From positions 1 to 64,000 of IMG/VR virus record IMGVR_UViG_3300035698_022898: 64,000 bases of DNA; one strand, 5' to 3'. The stretch comes from a virus. The translations under genes and the position numbers were made by a program. Shown piece after piece: positions 56,909 through 64,000 of the stretch. How positions within the stretch are numbered: position 1 is the stretch's first letter; each line of letters opens with the position of its first letter. Under the pieces are notes generated by a model, which had not been told where the DNA came from, made no database searches, and saw only the letters and a list, made by a program, of their open reading frames with translations.

Positions 56909-58010
56909 TGTTTCCTCCCTGTAAGTCCTTCAAACAGAAGAGCTTGGGTTGTGATTGTTGTTTTACCTTATGTTGAAACACCCAGGGCCATTCTGGAATA
57001 CTTTTTTCCAGATCTAAATAATAAAGGATGTTTAGTTCATCCCTTTTCCGATAATCGTTAGACAAGCCTCGAATAAGAATTTTCTCGACACTACGTTGAC
57101 CGTCAACGGCTTTTCCGTCCCAACGCTCGTCTTCTTCGAGTTTGTAGTCTGACGGTTCCATGCGAAACTCGGATTCTCCGAGAACGAACCCTTTTTCTTC
57201 AAAGTAGCGAGTAATGAATTTTCGCTCAGCATCGGTAAAGTTTTTCAAATGCTTTCCTTCAATCTTAATAGAAGGTGAGCGGGTAGAGACGACAACGGAC
57301 CACGCAGGCTCGTCATAAATGTATTCTCCTGACCTCCATCTAGGTACACACACAATGCCATATTTTCCGAACTTGACCCAACTGGTACTGTCACAACTAT
57401 ACCAGGGGTAACGATTGACAAGCTTTGCAGATGTGACCGCGAACCCATGTACTTTGACAAGGGGCATTCCTTTGTCGTCGGTTAACATGGTAGACCAAAT
57501 TCTGTCAAGGTTGGGGATAAGCACTTTGGGAGGGTTAGGAATCATACCGCCCATAGCAATGTAAGTATATCCCAATTCCAAGTACATTTCCAACCACTTT
57601 TCATCACACCCGAAATGAAATACTGGAATAGGTGTCAACCCGAAAGACTCTAGGTACTTCTGATTATCCCATGTCGCTTCTGGGTTGTTAATCACATCCA
57701 AATTTGCGTAAACCTCCAGATGGTCTTTGTACTTTAGAATAAATTGTACATAACCGTCTCTGTACTCTAAATATATTTTCCTACTACTGCATATTTCAGA
57801 AAGAGGACAAGATAAACAGGGCTCCGCATTTTCCCAAGTACCGTAGTCCCTACTATTGGGACATTGGTGAACATCTAAAAAAGGGTAAACGTCAAATTTC
57901 CTATCCTCAAGATAGGAGCCCATATAGGTAGCCTTTTTGTCTTTACGCACCAGAGTGTTGTAAAGACTAGGGGCACCAGAGTCAAGAAATATTCTTACAT
58001 TCTCGGTCAC
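56901..58010 (-). CDS. dpdA: DpdA-like 7-deazaguanine DNA transglycosylase (TGT fold), N-terminally truncated
   Basis: IFLDSGA, YANLDVI, PIPVFH, IAMGG, KVHGFAVT, YPWYSCDSTSW; clustered with folE/queD/queE. Confidence 0.82.
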   Translation of the reverse strand: MTENVRIFLDSGAPSLYNTLVRKDKKATYMGSYLEDRKFDVYPFLDVHQCPNSRDYGTWENAEPCLSCPLSEICSSRKIYLEYRDGYVQFILKYKDHLEVYANLDVINNPEATWDNQKYLESFGLTPIPVFHFGCDEKWLEMYLELGYTYIAMGGMIPNPPKVLIPNLDRIWSTMLTDDKGMPLVKVHGFAVTSAKLVNRYPWYSCDSTSWVKFGKYGIVCVPRWRSGEYIYDEPAWSVVVSTRSPSIKIEGKHLKNFTDAERKFITRYFEEKGFVLGESEFRMEPSDYKLEEDERWDGKAVDGQRSVEKILIRGLSNDYRKRDELNILYYLDLEKSIPEWPWVFQHKVKQQSQPKLFCLKDLQGGNNG

Positions 58011-59005
58011 AGAAGCCTCATCTCGTTGATCATTTTGGGGATGGCTTTTTCACCCATTCTCCGAAGAACTTTTTGAGTAACTTTAATTTGAGTATCAAAT
58101 AATTGGTTATTTACGGGGTTCTGAATCATATGGATTTTGTCAACTAAATCATTCCAGCTTGTATAAATGAATCTTTTGGGGTATAATTCAGGATAACTGA
58201 GGTCATTGGGCACCAAGGGGATACACCCACAGAAAAGAGCTTCCTGCATGGCAATTCCCCACGTTTCTTGTAAAGCAAAGGAAACGGCTATTTTTCCAGT
58301 GCCCAACAATTCATAGTACGACCGTTTATCCATGCAAGCATTTTTGGTTCTGAGGAATCTTGTTTCTGGTAATTGAAATTCCAAGTTATCGAAAAGATCC
58401 GGTCGTTTTTCAGGATCCAAACGGTGAGGAAACAGGATGCACTCCCTTTCGGCGTCGGGTTCTGTTTCTGGAATAAATTCGTCGGGGTACATGGGGAATC
58501 TTGTTACTTTCACCTTTTTCGCGGATCTGGTCTTTAACAAAAGATTCCTGTGATAATCTGTGGCTACAAAGATGCAGTCTATGAAGTTGAACCAGGCATT
58601 CTCTTGAAAAGAAGCCCAATATCGCATTCCTTTACGAGTAAGGAAATCCTGGGAATCGTAAGTCCCTGCGTGAAGGCACCCAGCGATTTTGAAATTTATG
58701 TCATTTCCTTGACGGATGTATTGCAAAGCTTCCAGCCCAGGAAACCACAAATCATGGAAAAACAGTATGTCTCCGTCCTTCAACAAATGTAGATTTTTTA
58801 TGAACCATTGAAGTTGGGAAAGCTTGTAATGGTTGGTAGAAACCACATCCAAGAAAGCACCTGTGATGATGGAATCTGTCAGAGCTATTCCGGGAACGTC
58901 AATCACAGGAATGTCATGATTGGCAAACTCCCGCAGAAACCACTTTGCCCATTGGCCTGAGTATCTTTCTTCCAGAGGCTCTATGGAGAAGTTCCAAATT
59001 CTCAT
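58007..59005 (-). CDS. GT-B glycosyltransferase (candidate DNA base glycosyltransferase)
   Basis: EPLEERY, HAGTYD, FPHRLDPEKRP, ALQETWGIAMQEA...GCIP.VP..LSYPE; overlaps dpdA (GTGA) and radical SAM (ATGA). Confidence 0.85.
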   Translation of the reverse strand: MRIWNFSIEPLEERYSGQWAKWFLREFANHDIPVIDVPGIALTDSIITGAFLDVVSTNHYKLSQLQWFIKNLHLLKDGDILFFHDLWFPGLEALQYIRQGNDINFKIAGCLHAGTYDSQDFLTRKGMRYWASFQENAWFNFIDCIFVATDYHRNLLLKTRSAKKVKVTRFPMYPDEFIPETEPDAERECILFPHRLDPEKRPDLFDNLEFQLPETRFLRTKNACMDKRSYYELLGTGKIAVSFALQETWGIAMQEALFCGCIPLVPNDLSYPELYPKRFIYTSWNDLVDKIHMIQNPVNNQLFDTQIKVTQKVLRRMGEKAIPKMINEMRLL

Positions 59006-60324
59006 AAAATTCCCAACCTTCCACAAATTGCGTAATATGTGGAAATATCTTCGAGACTAATCTCGAGTACTTTGGATTGTTTCAAATGATCTTTTACAGT
59101 CTTTCCCGAAAAGTCGGACATGTTGTAAGGGTCGATTTTATACATTCTAAACCAAACAAGATCTGAATCTTGAATATCCCTTTTGTACACGATTTCCTCA
59201 TTCAAAAAGGAATTGGGGATAAAACTCGGAAGCAGTCTCATTGGACGTTCTGTGAGAATAAACCCGTCTTCCCAAGTAACTTCGGCCGCCGTTCCGTGAT
59301 AAGGTTGAAAGAACTGACCCAACCCTGCTTCGGTCCCGTTAGTTTGCACCCTGCTGTACAGTTCTTCGGGCTTAAACCCGTATTTTCGCAGGAAGTCTCC
59401 CGTCATATTGAGAGTCTTGAAAGTTTCTCCAGGGAAGAAAGTCATCGTAAGCCAGAAAATATTTGTGGGTTGGTTTTCCGCAAGTTCCATACAGGAACGA
59501 ATTACACCGCTTTTTTTCATTTCCGAAGCCACTTCGGGGGAAGCAGTTTCCAAACCGACTTCAAGAAGGCGTACACCCTGTTCACGGAAAGTTTCGTGTC
59601 CGTATTTTTGGGTGTACTTGAGAACGCTTATGGGTTCTGCCAAGGCGATGAAGTTAAAGCCCCCCAATTTGCGGGCATATTCCAAAATGTGGTAAGCACG
59701 ATCAGTATCGAAAAGGAAGTTTTCATCAGTGAAATGCAGATTTCTTATTCCACGATCGTGCATTTCATGAAGAATATTACAAACTACACTCTCAGGCAAC
59801 GCTAATCGTTTTCGTTCACAATTCCTTGTGGCGGGGCAAAAAGTGCAACCCTTGGGGCATCCGTATGAAGTAAAAAACGGATAAACCTGACCTTCGTATT
59901 CTCGTAAGTGCATATCACAATCACTCAGGAGAATTGTTTGAAAATCCTCATAATATCTATGATACTTGGAAATCCCTTCAAGTATGCGATGATTGGGGAT
60001 TACTTCCGAGGGCAAACAGTATCTGTCGATCAGCGGGTAATAGCCGAAGAAGACTTTGTAGCCCTCAAGGAAACGATTTATTACTTGACAAGCCTCAATC
60101 TGCGGGTATGACCACAAAGCAACCATGTACTTCTTTGCTTTGGGAAGATTGTCCAAATTGGCAACAGTGAAATCCTCAATCAGGAGGGTATCCAAACCAT
60201 CTGCCTTACATGAAGCATAGAGAATGTAAGGTAGGTAGCAGAAGCTTCCCCTGTTAAACTCGGTAGATGCAGGGTCTATGATAACTACATCGTAGACCTT
60301 ATCCTTCGACAGATTTACAGTCAT
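59002..60324 (-). CDS. radical SAM enzyme with N-terminal cobalamin-binding-like domain
   Basis: TSYGCPKGCTFC, HFTDENF, VGLET, FFPGET, PYHGT; ~150-aa N-terminal alpha/beta domain; GGAGG RBS. Confidence 0.85.
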   Translation of the reverse strand: MTVNLSKDKVYDVVIIDPASTEFNRGSFCYLPYILYASCKADGLDTLLIEDFTVANLDNLPKAKKYMVALWSYPQIEACQVINRFLEGYKVFFGYYPLIDRYCLPSEVIPNHRILEGISKYHRYYEDFQTILLSDCDMHLREYEGQVYPFFTSYGCPKGCTFCPATRNCERKRLALPESVVCNILHEMHDRGIRNLHFTDENFLFDTDRAYHILEYARKLGGFNFIALAEPISVLKYTQKYGHETFREQGVRLLEVGLETASPEVASEMKKSGVIRSCMELAENQPTNIFWLTMTFFPGETFKTLNMTGDFLRKYGFKPEELYSRVQTNGTEAGLGQFFQPYHGTAAEVTWEDGFILTERPMRLLPSFIPNSFLNEEIVYKRDIQDSDLVWFRMYKIDPYNMSDFSGKTVKDHLKQSKVLEISLEDISTYYAICGRLGIL

Positions 60325-60667
60325 AATAAGCCTCCGCTCCATTTTCGTTATCCTCAAATACCGAGGTGTAAGCAGCACCGAATCTGTCTATCAGTTCGGC
60401 ACACATCATTTCGCATGACATTTTACCTAAGTCTTGGTCCCACCAGTTATCTTTAAGGAACTTTTCGACGAGCATTTTTTTGCTGATAAATTCAATATCT
60501 CTATCATCATGAAATACCGGCCATTTCATAGTAATGTGGAATACATGACGATGGGGAGTCTTTAGGAAGGATACAGCTTCAATGGGACATTCGGGCCAAC
60601 AATGGATAGCGGGGAAACTTGTCTTTATGATAACCGAGGATATTTTCCTAACGCTCATAATTGTCAT
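60299..60667 (-). CDS. QueD paralog, DpdL-like T-fold protein (putative CDG decarboxylase)
   Basis: HCWP, LKTPHRHVFH (LxxxHRHxF instead of CxxxHGH), HDDRDIEF, SCE, VFEDNENG. Confidence 0.7.
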   Translation of the reverse strand: MTIMSVRKISSVIIKTSFPAIHCWPECPIEAVSFLKTPHRHVFHITMKWPVFHDDRDIEFISKKMLVEKFLKDNWWDQDLGKMSCEMMCAELIDRFGAAYTSVFEDNENGAEAYYDCKSVEG

Positions 60668-60694
60668 TTCCGACTCCGGGTAAAGTGTTAATCA

Positions 60695-60724
60695 AAGAAG
60701 GGGTTGTGGAGGTAACCCCTTCTT
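60695..60724 (-). terminator. hairpin/terminator after folE
   Basis: 11-bp stem AAGAAGGGGTT/AACCCCTTCTT. Confidence 0.55.
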
Positions 60725-60734
60725 CTCAAAGACT

Positions 60735-61313
60735 TTAACCTTGTTTAATGGATAAGTGAATGAGGGATAGCGCCTCCCCTCGAGCTTTGGCGTCTTTTTC
60801 ATGAACACCATACACCGCTGATGTTGTCATAGAGGCTCCACCATACTGGTTAACACCCCTACAAGTCATACAGCCGTGTTCTGCTCTCATGACCACAATA
60901 ACCCCAGCGGGATCTACGGTTTTGACGATGCAGTCCAGAACTTGTTTACAGAGGTTCTCCTGCAACTGAGGACGAGCTGCGAAATGGTTGACAATTCTTG
61001 AGGGCTTGGACGCTCCCAAAAGAAAATCTTTGGGAACGTAAGCGATCCAAGCCTTCCCGTAAAAGGGAAGGAAGTGGTGGGAACACATGGAAACGAAATG
61101 AATGGTGTCTAGTAGGATCAGCTCGTTATACTTCTCGTCGTTGGGGAATACCGTGACTTTGGGGGGCTTCTCATTCAAGCCTTTTAAGAACTCCGTACAC
61201 CACATTTTTGCAATGCGTTTCGGAGTTTCCTTCAGGTTGGGGTCAGACAAGTCCAACCCCAACCCTTTGGATAGAATCTCCGTTAGGAGATCGGTAATCA
61301 GTGCTTGGTTCAT
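60735..61313 (-). CDS. folE: GTP cyclohydrolase I
   Basis: ETPKRIAK, SMCSHHFLPF.G, G.SK..R, RPQLQE, HGCMTCRGV. Confidence 0.96.
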   Translation of the reverse strand: MNQALITDLLTEILSKGLGLDLSDPNLKETPKRIAKMWCTEFLKGLNEKPPKVTVFPNDEKYNELILLDTIHFVSMCSHHFLPFYGKAWIAYVPKDFLLGASKPSRIVNHFAARPQLQENLCKQVLDCIVKTVDPAGVIVVMRAEHGCMTCRGVNQYGGASMTTSAVYGVHEKDAKARGEALSLIHLSIKQG

Positions 61314-61325
61314 GAAGGTGCCGGA

Positions 61326-61994
61326 TTACTTGGTTTTGGCGTCGGTGGCCGGCGCGGCAGTTTCCGTTTTGGTCTCGGCGGCTTTTTCAGCAGGGGCTTC
61401 CGTTTTGGTCTCGGCGGCTTTTTCAGCAGGCTTCTCGGCGGGCTTTTCCTTCTTTTCCGGCTTGAGGGATTCGCGGGCCTTGGTGGCGAAGGCGATCTGG
61501 TCGGCGGTGTAGGTCTTTTTCTCGTTTTTGATGACCCGTTTGGCGCCGATATCGTAGTAGATCTTGGCACGGCCGGCGATGAAGGTGGCGTCGGTCTGAC
61601 CCTTGGCTTTGTAGATCTCGGTATAGAGGGCCACGGCATCAGGCATGCCCTTGCCGGCGGCAACCAGGTCTTCGGCTTTCTGCTCGTTGTTCGGGCCGCG
61701 TTCCTTGGGCTCCTTCTTCTTCTTGGCCGCTTGCTCTTCTTCCGTGGGGTCTACCCCGTCCACGATGGAGTTGAACATGTCGATGACGCTCTCGGGGATT
61801 TTCTTTTCATCCTCGGAGCCTTCGGGAACGGATTCCACACCGGCCAGAAAGTCCTTCACGAGCTGTTCCTTCTTGGAGCCCATGGTCTGGATTTTGCGGA
61901 GTTTGCCGTCGGCGTCTTTGAGCACGCCGGCATGATTGAGAATCCCGATTTCCACTCGCAGGTTTTTTGCGTTTACAAATTCCGGTGACAACAT
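61326..61994 (-). CDS. highly expressed Lys/Ala/Glu-rich hypothetical protein
   Basis: AAGGAGG RBS, own promoter, strongly GC-biased codons, C-terminal PAEKAAETKTE repeats. Confidence 0.75.
   Translation of the reverse strand: MLSPEFVNAKNLRVEIGILNHAGVLKDADGKLRKIQTMGSKKEQLVKDFLAGVESVPEGSEDEKKIPESVIDMFNSIVDGVDPTEEEQAAKKKKEPKERGPNNEQKAEDLVAAGKGMPDAVALYTEIYKAKGQTDATFIAGRAKIYYDIGAKRVIKNEKKTYTADQIAFATKARESLKPEKKEKPAEKPAEKAAETKTEAPAEKAAETKTETAAPATDAKTK
61362..61430 (-). repeat. 36-nt period in-frame direct repeat
   Basis: 33 identical nt at 61362-61394 and 61398-61430. Confidence 0.9.
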
Positions 61995-62069
61995 TGTTGG
62001 CTTCCTCCTTTAGAGGTTTTAAGAGGTTAATGACCTTTCCTGTAAATTGTCCTCCACGTACAAAAAAAT

Positions 62070-62097
62070 ACTATACAGGAGTTCACAGCTTTGTAAA
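62070..62097 (-). promoter_or_regulatory. sigma70-type promoter
   Basis: TTTACA-N16-TATAGT with an AT-rich upstream element. Confidence 0.55.
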
Positions 62098-62131
62098 GAG
62101 GTTTATTTGGTATTTATTAAAAGTATCGTTT

Positions 62132-62773
62132 TTACTCCAACCCTAAAAGTTTGTGAAGTTGAACATTGAGCACGGCAGTACAGCATTGTGCTTCCAAAGC
62201 ACTCAATATCTTTTTGGGGTGTATGGCAAAACCATTATTGTCACAAACAGGAGAGATTGCAAAACGAGCTTCGGTTGCAGATTGCAAAGATTTAATAATC
62301 TTGATAGCCCTAAGAAGTTGCGGCTCGTTAGCAATCACAAACTTAATAAAATCTTTAAATCGAAGCTTCGGCAAATTCTCTGCCAAAAAGTAAGAATTTT
62401 CGGTTAACTTGTAATCAATAACCCAGAAACAATCTGCATTGTACCAAACTTCTTGAGTACCGTTAGTTTCTACAGTGACAGAGTATCCCTCTATTCCCAA
62501 GGCTTCAACAAGTAAACGTAAATCTTTTTGGAGGAGAGGTTCACCCCCCGTAATTGTTACCTTTTTGGTGTGTGAGTATTGAGGCAACTCCTTAACTATT
62601 CTACTTGCAGCCATATTTCGATCCGATTCATTATACTCTTTTGCCTCGGGGGCATCACAGTAAACACAGTCCAGATTACACCCTGCAAGACGAATAAAAA
62701 TTGACATGGTTCCTTGACCAAAGGCGTTGACCTCACCGTCAATGGAAGAAAAAATATTATTCACCCGAAGCAT
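62132..62773 (-). CDS. queE: 7-carboxy-7-deazaguanine synthase
   Basis: IFSSIDGE, FIRLAGCNLDCVYCD, ITGGEPLLQ, VETNGT, IKFVI, QLHK. Confidence 0.95.
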   Translation of the reverse strand: MLRVNNIFSSIDGEVNAFGQGTMSIFIRLAGCNLDCVYCDAPEAKEYNESDRNMAASRIVKELPQYSHTKKVTITGGEPLLQKDLRLLVEALGIEGYSVTVETNGTQEVWYNADCFWVIDYKLTENSYFLAENLPKLRFKDFIKFVIANEPQLLRAIKIIKSLQSATEARFAISPVCDNNGFAIHPKKILSALEAQCCTAVLNVQLHKLLGLE

Positions 62774-63002
62774 CGTGAAACTCCTTTTCTGGAAGAGTTT
62801 TGTATGGTTTAGCCACACATTCTATCAAATGTTTTTCTGGATTATGAATAATTCGTATAATTCTAAAACTGACCGGTCCTTTCAAATCTAAGGACTTTTC
62901 AAGAACAAGAGACTCCCCTTCTCTAGGTAGTATATCCAGAAATAAATCTAACTGATCTACTGGTCCACCCTTCCACCTTTTGAAGAGGAGTCTAATTTTC
63001 AT
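62757..63002 (-). CDS. hypothetical protein
   Basis: Start re-set to MKIRLL just after the queD stop; LPREGE motif. Confidence 0.55.
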   Translation of the reverse strand: MKIRLLFKRWKGGPVDQLDLFLDILPREGESLVLEKSLDLKGPVSFRIIRIIHNPEKHLIECVAKPYKTLPEKEFHDASGE

Positions 63003-63004
63003 GG

Positions 63005-63427
63005 CTATTCCGTATCCGTCCATTCTGCGTAACAAGTGGATGTTTCCCAAATCCTGACACGGGTAAGTCCACAGCCGATGGGTGTTTGATGGATTTTGTC
63101 CCGAACATAGAGACACATGTGTTCTGCGGTAGGAGGAAGGTACCTGCCGGTGTACTCTGGTCTAGCCAAAACTTCATTGAGATTGGCATGATCCAAAGAA
63201 TCGATGATCGGATTGAGATACTCCTTCAATTCACCAAAGTCGAGGACCATGCCCGTTGAATCGTCCTCATTTGGGTATCGTATTTCCTCGTTGTGATCGA
63301 GCAGACGGAACTCCACCTCAATCTTGGCGTTGTGTCCGTGGGGGTTTTTGCATTTCCCAGGATGTTCCGGAAGTACATGAGCATACGCCACGTTCTCAAA
63401 AATCTTAACTACACTGAGCATTTTCAT
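63005..63427 (-). CDS. queD: 6-carboxytetrahydropterin synthase
   Basis: AH.L..HPGKCKNPHGHN, GMVLDFGELK, LDH..LN, PTAE, VRIWET. Confidence 0.95.
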   Translation of the reverse strand: MKMLSVVKIFENVAYAHVLPEHPGKCKNPHGHNAKIEVEFRLLDHNEEIRYPNEDDSTGMVLDFGELKEYLNPIIDSLDHANLNEVLARPEYTGRYLPPTAEHMCLYVRDKIHQTPIGCGLTRVRIWETSTCYAEWTDTE

Positions 63428-63433
63428 TCCTCC

Positions 63434-63586
63434 TTACTTGTGATCTTCCAAGTGACGATTAAGATCTGCCAAAAAACTAGAACCTTTCAAAAGTTGTTGC
63501 CCCTTATCCGTATATACAATTTTTGTGGGTTTATGTCCTAATTCACACAAAGGACAAAGCTTTACGTCCCGTTTATCTTTTTTCAT
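63434..63586 (-). CDS. 50-aa zinc-finger-like protein (not in ORF track)
   Basis: GAGGAG RBS; MKKDKRDVKLCPLCELGH...LNRHLEDHK*. Confidence 0.65.
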   Translation of the reverse strand: MKKDKRDVKLCPLCELGHKPTKIVYTDKGQQLLKGSSFLADLNRHLEDHK

Positions 63587-63606
63587 AAGAGCTCCTCGTT
63601 CTATGT

Positions 63607-63635
63607 ATTGTATAAAAGTTTTCTTGATAATGCAA
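63607..63635 (-). promoter_or_regulatory. sigma70-type promoter of the queD-queE unit
   Basis: TTGCAT-N17-TACAAT. Confidence 0.7.
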
Positions 63636-63655
63636 GAGAATCAAGAAAATATATC

Positions 63656-64000
63656 TTAGGATGTTCCATCTTCATCCTCAGGGGATACAATCTGTTGTTC
63701 AACGTATATTTCACCATCCAAGAAAGGCTGCCCCAAATACAGACATTGCAGAAGTTCCGCTTGTAAGAACTCGTCAAAGAAATGGTGCCTGTGAGCTAAT
63801 AGACCAATACGCATGATTCCGTTTCTCTTTTCTATAGGTGTCTGATTTAAAACAATCATCATATCCAAGTGAGCAAGCTTTCTAATATCCTCACCGGTGT
63901 GTTTCTGCTTCACGTTTTTACGGTCAAAGGAATCCCTGTTTGACTGGGTAGCAGTAACTACCAAACAACCTCTGGATTGTGCCATTCCTTTCAAAGCTTT
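63656..64000 (-). CDS. DnaB/SF4-like replicative helicase, C-terminal fragment (runs off window)
   Basis: VVTATQSNR...EDIRKLAHLD...LNQT..EK..G.MR. Confidence 0.8.
   Translation of the reverse strand, partial: KALKGMAQSRGCLVVTATQSNRDSFDRKNVKQKHTGEDIRKLAHLDMMIVLNQTPIEKRNGIMRIGLLAHRHHFFDEFLQAELLQCLYLGQPFLDGEIYVEQQIVSPEDEDGTS

Noticed and set aside
56901-58010. Ordinary tRNA-guanine transglycosylase (queuosine pathway)
   Set aside because: Lacks the C-terminal CxCxxC/H zinc site of Tgt; no queC/queF/queA in the window; motifs and replication-gene context fit phage DpdA
1-64000. Alternative genetic code or introns/inteins
   Set aside because: Conserved genes are intact under code 11 with all three stops used; polymerase, terminase and RecA have normal lengths

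Overview
This window is part of a tailed dsDNA phage genome (long non-contractile, lambda-like tail). I found no integrase, tRNA, rRNA or CRISPR array. Divergent sigma70-type promoters at about 2.9-3.0 kb separate small minus-strand genes (1-2.9 kb) from a plus-strand virion/lysis operon (3.0-40.0 kb). That operon holds terminase, portal, S49 protease with a nested scaffold, decoration protein, gpE-like capsid, neck, tail tube, frameshifted tail chaperone, tape measure, lambda M/L/K/J-like tip, several fibres, a DUF5675 lysin and a holin. A 7-gene glycosyltransferase/methyltransferase island is inserted among the head-tail joining genes. The converging minus-strand arm (40-64 kb) encodes split SbcCD, ligase, RuvC-like resolvase, 5'-3' exonuclease, RecA, SSB, UvsY-like mediator, DnaX-like clamp loader, a UDG-fused family A polymerase, a beta clamp and the end of a helicase. 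It also carries a 7-deazaguanine DNA-modification locus (queD, queE, folE, dpdL-like, B12-type radical SAM, glycosyltransferase, dpdA-like). The most novel-looking feature is that the DpdA-like transglycosylase lacks its normal N-terminus, while four dispersed ~60-aa paralogous ORFs (one missed by the ORF track) look like that missing segment. This suggests a split enzyme with interchangeable modules, coupled to radical-SAM/glycosyltransferase tailoring of the base and possibly tethered to the replisome. All functional calls come from motif recognition by eye; no searches were run.
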